DNA of 64,000 bases from Chiloscyllium plagiosum (Eukaryota): positions 7,693,651 through 7,757,650 of the forward strand of contig NC_057752.1 in NCBI RefSeq assembly GCF_004010195.1. Direction: 5' to 3'. Positions within the stretch are counted from its first letter, which is position 1. The number at the start of each line of letters is the position of its first letter. The translations under genes were made by a program, and so were the position numbers. The notes under the pieces are model-generated. The model did no database searches, had not been told where the DNA came from, and saw only the letters and a program-made list of their open reading frames with translations. This document shows positions 1-11,234 of the stretch, piece by piece.

Positions 1-558
1 AGGGTCAATGAAGGTAACGCTGTGGATGTGGTATGTGTAGATTTCCAGAAGGTACTTGATGCAATGCCACACAAGAGACTTGTGAGGAAAGTTATAGGTC
101 ATGGTATAAGAGGGAAAGTAGCAATGTGGATATAAAACTGGCTGAGTGATATGAAACAGAGAGTAAGGGTTAATGTATACTTTGTGTGCTCGAGGAATGT
201 TTGTAGTCCAGTTCACCAAGGTTCGGAATTGGACCCTTGCTTTTCCTGTTATATATTAATAATCTCAATCTTGGTGGGCAGGGTACAATTTAAAAGTTTG
301 CAGATGAATTGTAAACTTTGAGAAAAGCAGTGTGGATATTCAAAAGGACATTGACAAGTTGGTGGAGTGGGCACATAAGTGGCAGATAAGGTTCAATACA
401 TGGAGGTGCGAGATGATGTACTTTGTTTGAAAGGACATTGAAAGGCAATATAAAATAGGGGATACAATTCTAAAAGGGGTGCAGCAGCAAAGGGACCGTG
501 ACAAAGACATACACAGATCATAGAAAGTGGCAACACAGTTTGAGACGGCAATATTTTA
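1..558 (+). mobile_element. Degenerate CR1-type LINE reverse-transcriptase fragment
   Basis: Translates to VNEGNAVDVVCVDFQKVLDAMPHKRLVRKV...HQGSELDPCF...KFADE-like RT motifs with stops and frameshifts. Confidence 0.85.
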
Positions 559-583
559 GGGCAGCATAGTTGCACAGTGGTTA

Positions 584-1360
584 TGTCCTGACACGGTGGT
601 GAACCCTTCTGCTAAGTAAACCAAACAACCAGAAAAGCACACCTCACCTCGTAATCTGTTAAAGTATGAGTGACAGAGAACTACCCAAGTTCCACTATTT
701 AAAGAAAAGAAAATATCAATTTATTCTTTAAAAGTGAACATTAAACAACAACCATTTACAACTCTAAGCTTCCTTTCTTCTAACTGCTTGTTATCTGCTT
801 CCAACTGTATGTAATATACTGTTCCAATAAATGCCCCAATTAAAATTACATTAACCTAATTTTTAAAACCCTATTGTGACTTTCATCTCTGGTGTCTGTC
901 TTCCTCTAACTGTAGATCTCCCTGGCTTGTCTTCGGTCTTTTGTTGCAAAGATATTTCATATGAAAAGGTACCTTTGATAGAGAGTGTTTTGATAGCAGT
1001 TACACTGACGATGGCAGTTGGTCTCTCTTTCTCTGGCTAACTGTCAAAATGCCAGCTTCTTTATACCCAAAACATTGGATCATCTCATTGGTTCGATGTT
1101 GTCAAAACATTGAATTCAAATTCGATTAGGTTTTAGTATCTTGGGGAATAATTTAAACTGATTGGTTCAATTCAAACTATTGTGAAAACATAGCACCAAA
1201 AGTCAGGTATTTATTTCATAGCCAAATGTTACATATTTTTAATTTTCCAGTAAACCCTGAGACTGCTCGTCAGTCACATTACAGGCGCCTACAAGCTTTA
1301 AGTGCAAAACAGCTTTCACTCTCTCTTCAAGGTACAGTACACTCCTTCAACTTCATAACA
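584..1360 (-). repeat. 3' LTR of Gmr1-like element A
   Basis: TGTCCTGACAC...CTTCATAACA; adjacent PPT (minus strand AAGGGGGAAGG, 1361-1371). Confidence 0.95.
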
Positions 1361-1544
1361 CCTTCCCCCTTAAGAAAAAAATGAACCATCATAATGAAAA
1401 GATGGCTTCGTTTATTTTCCAATTCTTAACCCCATTACTGTGAAATACATAGGACGTTGATCTAAGTTCATATTAATTTTTGCACACACACATATAAAAC
1501 ATTGGTATCTGTTCAGTCTTACCTATAATTCATCCTTTAAATCT

Positions 1545-4500
1545 GCAATAACGCTGCTATCACATTCTTATGACCCGCAGCATGTACGATTTGTAAATTG
1601 AAAGTCTGTAACATAAGACTCCAATGAAATAGTCTCATATTCTTGTCTTTAAATCATTCCAAGAATGTAAGAAGATTGTGATCTGTGTACACAACCGTCT
1701 CTAACATATTGTTCATCACATAAACATTAAAAATGTTGTAAGGCCAGTACCAAACTCAATAATTCACTTTTGATGGTAGAATATTTTCTCTGGTGTGTGT
1801 TGAGTTTCTTTGAAAAGTAACCAACTGGCCATTCAATTCCATCATCCTCTTCCTGTAGCAGTACAGCTCCAACTCCTATGCCGTTAGCATCAATTACAAC
1901 CTTGAAGGCTTTCAAACCGTTTGGTGTAGCTAAAACTGGTGCAGTGGTTAATACGGCTTTTAAATTGTCAAATGCTTTCTGGCATTGTTCTGTCCACTGA
2001 AATTTTGTGTTCTTCTTCAACGAATCTGGTAACAGTGCCATTACGTTTGCTGAAGTTTGGAACAAATTTCCAGTAGAATCCGCTTAGTGCCAAAAATCAA
2101 AGCACCTCTTTCTTCGAGGTTGGTCATGGAAATTTCTCGATGGCTTTCATCTTTACGTTCCTTGGGGTCAACCTTCCATGTTATATCCCAAGAACGTCAT
2201 TTCTGCTTTCGCAAATTCTGTTTTCTTTAAGTTTATTACCAGTTTTGCCTCTCTTAATTATTAAAAGAGTGCTACCAAATGTACCATGTGATCTTTCCAT
2301 GACTCACAAAATATCACTGCATCATCCAGATAGGCTGCACAGTTTGTTAACCCAGCCATAACTCTGTTCATGAGTCTTTGGAATGTGGCTGATGCACTCT
2401 TCGTTCCAAAGGACATCACTTTGAATTGATATAGCCCATTTGGGATTACAAATGCAGAAATTTCTTTTGCTTTCTGTGATAAAGGTACCTGCTGGTAACC
2501 ACACAGTAAGCCCAACTTTGTGATGTAACTGGCTTGTCCAACTTTCTCTATACAGTCCTCCGACATGAGTCCGATTTTGTTACGGAGTTGACTTTCCAAT
2601 AGTCCACACAAATTCATTGCATCCCTTCAGGTTTGGGAACTAACACAATCGGAGAACTCCACTCACTCTGACTCGGTTCGATGATATCGTTGTTGAGCAT
2701 CACATTCACTTCCTTCTGTACCTGTGTGGCTTTGAGAGGATTAAGCCTGTAGGGGTGTTGTTTTATCGGAACAGCATTCCCCACTTCTACCTCATGCACA
2801 ATAGCGTTAGTCCTCCCTGTTTAATTCCTGCATATGACCTCATACTGCTGCAACAAACCTTTCAACTGGATTCTTTGCTCCTGAGACAGATAGTTCACTA
2901 ACCTATCACACTCCTCAAGGACTTGCTCATTGTTTAATGTATTTTGAGGCACATGAAACTCCATGACATCTGCCTTGAATTCCTCACTCTGTGGGGCAGT
3001 AACTAACCCTTGATTCTCCAGTTCCCTATCTCTGTTATAATAAGGTTTCAACATATTAACATGATATACCCAATACAGTTTTTTTCCTATCAGGCATCTT
3101 TGCCAGATAGTTTACCTCACTCAACATTTTCTCAATTTGATAGGGACCACTAAACCTGGCTTTGAAGGGATCTCCTACCATTGGTAACAATGCTAATACG
3201 TCATCCCCACAAGAAAATGTCTGAATTTCAGTGTTTTTATTTGCCACATGCCTCATTTTATGCTCTGCCCTCTTCAGGTGCTGTTTAACTAACTCACCTA
3301 CCTGATTTAATCTCTCCCTCACCTCCGATACATAATCCAAGTGTGAGATCTCCGACTTCAATTCTGTCAATTTCTCTTTAATTAATTTCAAAGGCCCTCT
3401 CACTTCCTGTCCAAATATTAACTCAAAGGGAGTGAACGGAGTAGATTCATTTGGGGCATCTCTAATGGCAAACTATATGAATGGAATACCTTTATCCCAA
3501 TCATTCAGGTAATCCTGACAGTACGCTCTTAACATGGTCTTCAGGGTCTGACGCCACCTTTCCAAGGCTCCCTGGGATGCAGGATGGTACACATTTGACT
3601 TAAACTGCTGTATGCCTAAGCTATCCATAACCTCCTTAAACAGCCTAGCAGTAAAATTAGACCCTTGGTCTGACTGAATCTCTCTGGGTAGCCCATACCG
3701 TGTGAAGAAAGCTACTAATTCCTCTACCACCCTTTTTGCCTTAATACTCCACAATTGAATTGCCTCCGGAAATCTGGTAGACACATCCATTATGGTTAGC
3801 AAATACTGGTTCCCACGTTTAGTTCTTGGGAGGTGTTATGACACGGGGTAAACCCATCTGCTAATTTAAACCCGACACACAGAGAAGCTCACCTCACACC
3901 GTAAACTGTTAAATTTCAAGAGGCAAAGGGCTATGCTGAATTTCACTACTTCAAGTAAAAATTAACAATTTTATTCTTTAAGTTGAACAGAGAACATTAA
4001 AACCAGAAATATTTACAACTCTTTTCTCTTAAATCTATCTTTTACTTCCCACTCTACAATACTGGTCTGATAAATTCCCTCTTAAAGTTATGGCAAATCA
4101 ACTTCAAACTCAGTTGTCGTCTTCGGATGTCAAACTTTCTCTTTAGGTTTCTCTAGGTCAGCTTTGGTCTTCTGCTGCACAAATTCCTTATGGATAGGTA
4201 CCTTTCAGAGAGCTATTATGCTGGCAGACTTTACTTGTAGGTGCTCTTTGCTGTTCTCCCCCTAACTGTTTATACCCCAAACCATTGGATTATTTCATTG
4301 GTTTGATGTCATCCCAAACAGTCAAATTCAAGTTTGATTGGAGTTTGGTGTCTGGGGCATAATTTAAACTAATTGGCCAAATTTGAATTTGTTTTTGTAC
4401 CATGGCAACAGAGCACCAGCTATTTGTGTCAACCAAGTGTTACATTTTTAAATTGTTCAGCACATTGTGTTTTCAGTCCTTGCCACCTTCCTCTCTCTCT

Positions 4501-5500
4501 TAAAGGTACATACACATTCATAACAGGAGGGGACCTACACTATCAATCATAACCCGCGTGAAAGGTTCTTCAAATGCGGGAATTGGCAACAAATGTGCTT
4601 CTTTTATTACTGCCTGTAGCTTACCTACCATTTGGCATCTATGACATTATGGCAAAAGTTAACCACGTCCTTGTGCATTCCAGGCCAACAGAAATACTTT
4701 TGTACCTTAGCTTGCATCTTCCATACACCTAGGTGACCTTCTAGTAGGAATTCATGCGCTACCGTAACATTTCTTGTCTGTATGCTCCCGGCAACACAGT
4801 CTGGTGCACTTCAGCCCATTTCTCCTCTGCACTAACCTGCTGTTGTCTCCATTTTCGTCTTAGGATTCTATCTTTAAGATAATAACCTTGAGGAATATTC
4901 TCTGCCTCCTTTTCTGAGTATGAATCAACATTTTTATCTTTTATTGTCTTGTCTTTCTGTTGTAAGTCCATTAGCCTTTCAGGACTAAACATTTCTGCCT
5001 GCTCAGCTTTTTCCTGCTCCATTACGTCAAACAGGGTGTCTGCTAACTGAATCTCAACTCTTTCATCTTTCTCTTTAGTTTTTGCTTCATGCTGTGATTT
5101 ATGATAGTGGGATCTTGTAACTACACAGCCTGGGAAAATTCCAGGGTATTTTTCTTTTAACTCCTCAGTTCCCTGGTTTTCCTTTGGCTTCTCCACAACG
5201 AGGGTTGTCACTCCCACCTTGGACCCTGCTAAATCATTCCTAAGAACAAACCATATTCGTGGAACTGACACTGTCAATCACTCCCACTGTAACTTCCCCA
5301 GTCTTGAGTTAGCACTTCAACCTGATCTTACACAGGGAAACACTAAATTTCTGTTCATCTATTCCACGAATTACCACTCTCTTGGGTAATGGATCAGAAA
5401 GAGTGCAAATACATTCATCTCTCTTGCTATTAGAGACTGATTAAATCCTGTATCTCTCAAAATTATAACTCATTTTCCTTCTCTCTCTATTCTTTCTGAA
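1545..5500 (-). pseudogene. pol remnant: protease (~5450), integrase (~4760-3050, interrupted), RT (~2800-2070), RNase H (~2065-1545)
   Basis: LRDTG protease motif; TRFPEAI...IQSDQGSNFT...HPASQGALER integrase; WSSPIVLVPK and YLDD RT; IDANGIGVGAVLLQ...KSELLSLV RNase H. Confidence 0.92.
3834..4525 (-). mobile_element. Solo LTR of a related subfamily inserted in the integrase of element A
   Basis: TGTTATGACAC...TTCATAACA, similar to but diverged from the host LTRs. 5-bp TSD GGAGG (3829-3833 and 4526-4530); removing the insert restores DSVGPLPRTKRGNQYLLTIMD. Confidence 0.92.
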
Positions 5501-6900
5501 TAAATTGTAACCACAGAAGCAAAACCCTTTTATAGATCAGGCACTAACTCCAAACTCAGCCCCTGTCTCGGCTGTGCACTGCCCTGCAGCTCCTTGACTT
5601 TTCTTGGGGTTTCCTTTACTACTTTCACTAATGCCACTGCCTTAGCTTCTTCCACCACATCCTTTCCCACAGTGCCTTTCTTTAATGACCAGCACTGTGA
5701 CGTCACGTGTCCCACTTTACCACAGTGAAAACACCTGAGGCCCTTCACCTCCTTTCCACCCTCTTGGGCTTGTTTGTTAACCTGTTGTAGCCAATTACCA
5801 GTGTTCTCTACTTTTTATAGTGTAGGATTTCCCCTTCTCCCAATTTCTATCCCTCACAGGATGAAATTCCTGTCGGAAGCTAAACTTTGCCTTATGCACC
5901 AATATATATTCATCTACCATCTCTGCTGCTGTTCTCACTTCTTGAACTTTCTGTTCATCCACATAAATTCTTATCATCTCTGGAAGTGAGTTTTTGAACT
6001 CCTCCTGCAGAATAATCTCCCTTAGAACCTCATAAGTCTTATCTATCCACACCCACCTATCAAAATTACTATGTTTAATTCTTTCGAACTCAACATAAGT
6101 CTGGCCTGGTTCCTTCTTTGTGTTTCTGAACCGCTGTCTATATGCTTCTGGTACCAATTCATATGCCTGTTTGACTTCTTCATAATCTCTTCACCCTTCA
6201 TGTGACAGCGCTGCAAATACCTCACTCGCTCTGCTGACCAGCTTAGTCTGAACTAGCATTACCCACAAATCCTCTGACCACTCAGTCTGCCTTGCCAGTT
6301 TGAAATAAAGAAGGCTTCAGCATCTTTCTCATCAAAAGGTGGCAGTGTTTTAACATATTTGTAAACATCACTACCTTCTCTGTTAATCTCCATCCTGTTA
6401 ATTTGACTTTCCTAAGTCGCAACTTCTGAAGTTCAATTTCGCTCTCCTTTTCTCTCTTTTCTCTCTTTTTCTCTCTCCCTTTCTTCTGTCTCTCTTTCTC
6501 TTTCTTCTCTCTCACCTTGCTCAGCTATGAATGTTCTTTCTCTTTTTCCTCTCTCTTTTTTTCCTCTCTCTCTTTTTCTCTCTCTCCCTTTCTTTTTCCT
6601 TTCTCTGTCTTTCTTACTCCTCTCTCTCTCTTTGCTTATCTTCTAACTCCATTTTTCTCAATTGTAGTTTAAGTTTTTTTCTAATTCTACTGCACTTCTC
6701 TGTTTCTCTGATGCATCTAAGTGCTTGACTAACTCCCTTACGATTTCAGCTTTACTTTTGTCCTTGGTTCAACCCAAATCTAACCTCTTTGCTAATTCTA
6801 AAAGTATGGTCTTTTTCTATCCTTCTCAACTTTCTTGGCAAATTTGGGAATCATCTTCAAACCCCAGAACCTCTTTAGCAATCTTAAGAGCTATTTCTCT
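5500..6900 (-). pseudogene. gag remnant: E/K/R-rich coiled segment, SCAN-like capsid domain, CCHC zinc knuckle
   Basis: VPEAYRQRFR...LREIILQEEFKNSLPEMIRIYV...AAEMVDEY and CFHCGKVGHVTSQC; frameshifted. Confidence 0.85.
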
Positions 6901-7066
6901 CACTTTTAATTTAACCAACCACAAATAATCGAAATTAAACAAGTTGTCTCGCCTACATTTTATTTAAAGATTTTGGACGCTACTTGGCAAGTGTTTAAAT
7001 CTGCTGGGATCTTTTGTACCCCAAATCTGTCCAAATCTCAGACTGGATCTGACTAAACCTGTCCAA

Positions 7067-7084
7067 CTCCCGGACAAGCCCCAA
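7067..7084 (-). promoter_or_regulatory. Primer binding site, tRNA-Pro type
   Basis: Minus strand TTGGGGCTTGTCCGGGAG, 15/18 match to the tRNA-Pro PBS TGGGGGCTCGTCCGGGAT, 3 nt from the LTR end. Confidence 0.85.
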
Positions 7085-7087
7085 AAC

Positions 7088-7870
7088 TGTTCTGACACAC
7101 GGTGAACTCTTCTGCTAATGAAACCAAACACCCAGAAATGCTCACCTCGCCTTGTAATCTGTAAAAGTATGAGTGACAGAGAACTACCCAAATTCCACTA
7201 TTTAAAGAAAAAAAATCAATTTATTCTTTAACTCTAAAAGTGAACATTAAACAACAACCATTTACAACTCTGAGCCTCCTTTCTCTGAACTGCTTGCTAT
7301 CTGCTTCCAACTCTATAACAGTATACTGTTCCAATAAACGCCCCTATTAAAATTACATCAACTTAACTTTCAAAACCCGAGAGCGGCTGTTGTCTCCAGT
7401 GTCTGTCTTCCTCTGGCTGTAGATCTCCCTGAGTCGTCTTTGGTCTTTTGCTGCAAAGATATTTCATATGAAAAGATACCTTTGATAGAGAGTGTTTTGC
7501 CAGCAGTTAGTCTGATGATGGTAGTTGGTGCTTTCTCTCTCTCTGGCTAACTCTCAAAATGCCAGCTTCTTTATACCCAAACATCAGATCATCTCATTGG
7601 TTTGATGTTGTCAAAACATTAAGTTCAAACTTGATTGAGTTTTAGTATCTTGGGGCATAATTTAAACTGATTGGTTAATTTCAAACTGATGTGAAAACAT
7701 AGCAACCAAAACTCAAGTATTTGTTTCACAGCCAAATGTTACATATTTTCAATTTTCCAGTACATTCTGAGATTGCTAGTCAGTCACATGACATGTGCCT
7801 GCAAGCTCTCAGTGCAAAACAGCTTTCACTCTCTCTTAAAGGTACAGTACACTCCCTGAACTTCATAACA
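7088..7870 (-). repeat. 5' LTR of Gmr1-like element A
   Basis: TGTTCTGACAC...CTTCATAACA, colinear with 584-1360; minus-strand TATAAA (~7570-7575) and AATAAA (7220-7225). Confidence 0.95.
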
Positions 7871-8379
7871 GTTAGCACTACTACTTCACAGTGCAGGGAC
7901 TTAGGTTCAATTCAAGCCTTCAGTGTCTATGTGGAGTTTGCACATTCTCCCTGTGTCTGCATGAATTTTCTCCAGGTGCTCCCATTTCCTCCCACAGTCC
8001 AAAGATGTGCAGGTTAGGTGGATTGGCCATGCTAAATTGCCCATAGTGTCCAGGGATGTGCAGACTAGGTGGATTAGTTATGGTAAATGTGGGGTATATG
8101 GGGACAGGGTAGGGGGACTTGGTCTGGGTGGAATGCTGTTTGGAGGATCAGTGCAGATGCAATGGTGAAGTGGCCTCTTTCCATACTGTAAGGATTCTGT
8201 TTTCTATTCATTCATGGGATGTGGGCACTGCTGGCTGGCAGCAGTTATTGTTGTCTTAAACCACTGTTGAAGAGGGTCTTCAAGGATTTTGACCTGATGG
8301 CACTGAAACTAGTGGCAATAGAAATTCCAAGTCAGAATGGTAAATGGCTTGGGGTAACTTGCAAGTCGGGATGTTTGCC

Positions 8380-9220
8380 AATGATTGCACAATGTTCAGC
8401 ACCATTTGCGACTCCTCAGATACTGAAGCAGTCCATGTCCAAATGCAACAAGATCTGCACAATATCCAGGCTTGGGCTGACAAGTGGCAATGACCATCTC
8501 CAAAAACAGACATTCTAATCATCACCACTTAACATTCAGCGGCGTTACCATCACTGAATCCCCACTATCAACATCCTTGGGGTTACCATTGATCAGAAAC
8601 TCAACTAGACTTGCCACATAAATACAGTGGCTACAACAGCAATCAGAGCCTAGTAATTCAAGTGTGGCAAGTAACTCACCTCCTGACTCCCCAAAGCCTG
8701 TCCACCATCTACAAAGTACAAGTCAGGAGTGTGATGAAATACTCTCCACTTGCCTGGATGGGTGCAGATCCAACATCACTCAAGAAGCTTGACAGCATTC
8801 AGGACAAAACAGTCCATTTGGTTGGCACAAGCATCCCCTCCCTTCACCACCGATGCTCAGGAGCAGCAGTGTGTACTATCTACAAGATGCACTGCAGGAA
8901 TTCACCAAAGATCCTCACGACAGCACCTTCCAAAGCCATGACCAGTTCCAACTGGAAGGACAAGGGCTGCAAATACATGGGAATGGCACCACTTGCAAGT
9001 TCCCTTCCAAGTCATTCACCATCCTGACTTGGAATTATATTGCCGTTCCTTCACTGTCGTTGGATCAAAATCCTGGAATTCTCCTCAGAATATTGTGAGT
9101 CAATCTACAGAATGTGGACTGCAACATTTCAAGAAGGCAGCTCATCACCACCTTCTTAAGGGCAACTAGGAATGGGCAATAAGTGCCGGTTCTACCAGCG
9201 ACACCCACGTCTCACGAATG
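8380..9220 (+). mobile_element. 3' fragment of a second non-LTR retrotransposon family (CR1/L2 group, RT C-terminus and tail)
   Basis: LLTPQSLSTIYKVQVRSVMKYSPLAWMGA...LDSIQDK; same family as 18145-18560 and 45320-46080. Confidence 0.8.
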
Positions 9221-9239
9221 CTGTTCCACCCACAAAACA

Positions 9240-9512
9240 AAAAAGAACAAGAGGGCATAGATTTAAAGCGATGGGTAAACAAAGCAAGGGTGATGGGAGA
9301 AAAAACATTTTCACACATGGAATTGTTAGGATATGGAATGTTTTGCCTGGAAACATGGTGGAAGCAGGTTCAAGTGAGGCATTCAAGGCGGCATTGGATG
9401 TTTTTTTGATAGAAATGATTTGCAAGGCTGGTGATTGGCACTACATACTAGAACTGATGCAGGCATCATGGGCTGAATGGTCTCTTTCTGCGCTTTAATA
9501 ATTTTGTGATTC
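9240..9512 (+). mobile_element. CR1 3' end fragment
   Basis: RTRGHRFK...FTHGIVRIWNVLPGNMVEAGS...FKAALD. Confidence 0.8.
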
Positions 9513-10351
9513 TCTAATTCTGTTGTCCTGTTGACAGTGCATTTGCTCTAAAAATCTATTTGCACATGCAAGTTCCCTTCAGGACCAAATCTTAGTGCTT
9601 GTTTAAAAGAACATCCTGTCCTGGCTCCATCACAGTATATCTTTTCCTTCTAAAATTGACAGCTGAAACATTTGAGTTGAGCATGAATGCTCATTAACTT
9701 TTAATCATGTACTTAATAGATTAAACACAATGATTGCATGGATAATGTCACATCTAACATATCACCAAAACCTACAGTTAATGAAAAGGAAAATTATTAA
9801 TCTAAAGTGAAATCAAATTTCTCAAGATGAAAAATGTTTGGCAATAATTACTCACTGTTATTTAAAGTTAAACTACCTCCCACCTTCTCTTTCCCCATTC
9901 TACAGTAATTTCCTTAATTCAAGCACTGTGCCGAGGTTCTCACTGGAGCTGAGACCCAGGTTTTCCTATTAGGGAGCTTATAACAGCAAGCAAATAGATT
10001 TTAGACAGTAACTCAGCTGGTGAGGGAATTCCCAACACTATGCAACTTCTCATTGGCATTAATAACCATCTTAATTGATTACTGCTCCAGCTATAATAAC
10101 CCAATTAAAATCCTAATTAAACTGCAGAATTGTAGCCAAACCTTTCTGTCAACAGTGTTTTCAACTGCAAGTTGAGGGTTAAGTTCTAGTCATACATGGT
10201 GCTACTTGTCATTGGGCTTGCTACTGTTAAACCAGTATAAAAACACTCCAATACACAGAAATTGTTTGTGCTGTGCAGCTGCGTAGACAAAGGAGATGAG
10301 GAATTACCAATGGTCACAGCCGAAAGGATTATCTTTACTTTAACTGAACAG

Positions 10352-11030
10352 ACCTTCAAGTGCAGGTTCATAGTTCCTTGAAAGTGAAGTTTCATGTAGA
10401 TAGGATAGTGAAGAAGGCGTTTGGTATGCTTTCCTTTATTGGTCAGAGTATTGAGTTACAGGAGTTGGGAGGTCATGTTGCGGCTGGTTAGGCCACTGTT
10501 GGAACATTGTGTGCAATTCTGGTCTTCCTGCTATAGGAATGATGTTGTGAAATTTGAAATGGTGCAGAAAAGACTTACAAGGATGTTGCCAGGGTTGGAC
10601 GATTTGAGTTATAGGGAGAGGCTGAATAGGCTAGAGCTATTTTCTCTGGAGCATCGGAGGCTGAGGGGTGACTTTATAGAGGTTTATAAAGTCAGGAGGG
10701 GCATGGATAGGATAAATAGACAAGATCTTTTTCTTGGAGTGGGGGAGTCCAAAAATAGAGGGCATAGGTTTCGGGTAAGAGGGGAAAACTTTAAAAGGGA
10801 CCACGGAGGGGGTGCATGTATGGATTGAGCTGCTAGAGGAAGTAGTGGAGGCTGGTACAATTACGGCATTTAAATGCATCTGAACGGGTATATGAATAGG
10901 AATGGTTTAGAGGGATATGGGCCAAATGCTAGCAAAAGGGACTAGATTAATCTAGGATATCTGGTCGGCGTGGCCAAGTTGGACCGAAGAGTCAGTTTAC
11001 ATGCTGTACAGCTCTACGACTCTCTGACTA
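10352..11030 (+). mobile_element. CR1 LINE 3' fragment
   Basis: LVRPLLEHCVQFW...RRLRGDFIEVYK...RGHRFRVRG, with a GACTCT-type tail. Confidence 0.9.
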
Positions 11031-11234
11031 TAACTGACAGGCAAGGCCCAAAAATATTTTTGAGCTCAGTCAGCAAACTTTAAATTAAATATGTTGATAA
11101 AAACAAAGCTTGTGAACATATTGTTATTTCTAACATGTTGTTTGATGCCTTTAAAGCAAGCAACATCTCTTTTACTGCATTTCTACTGCAAAGTAGAGCA
11201 ATCAGCGGTAAGTACACTACACCCATGAACATAC

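Larger units (their letters stand above)
584..7870 (-). mobile_element. Full-length, decayed Gmr1-like Ty3/Gypsy LTR retrotransposon
   Basis: Paired TG...CA LTRs, 4-bp TSD GTTA (580-583 and 7871-7874), PBS, PPT, and domain order gag-PR-IN-RT-RH on the minus strand. Confidence 0.95.
559..8200 (+). mobile_element. tRNA-derived SINE (HE1-like) split by an LTR retrotransposon; pieces at 559-583 and 7871-~8200
   Basis: GGGCAGCATAGTTGCACAGTGGTTA joins GTTAGCACTACTACTTCACAGTGCAGGGAC...; matches the intact copy at 59817-60147. Confidence 0.85.

Noticed and set aside
6440..6728. CT-rich low-complexity tract and hydrophobic plus-strand ORF
   Set aside because: Reverse complement of the E/R/K-rich gag segment; not a membrane protein.
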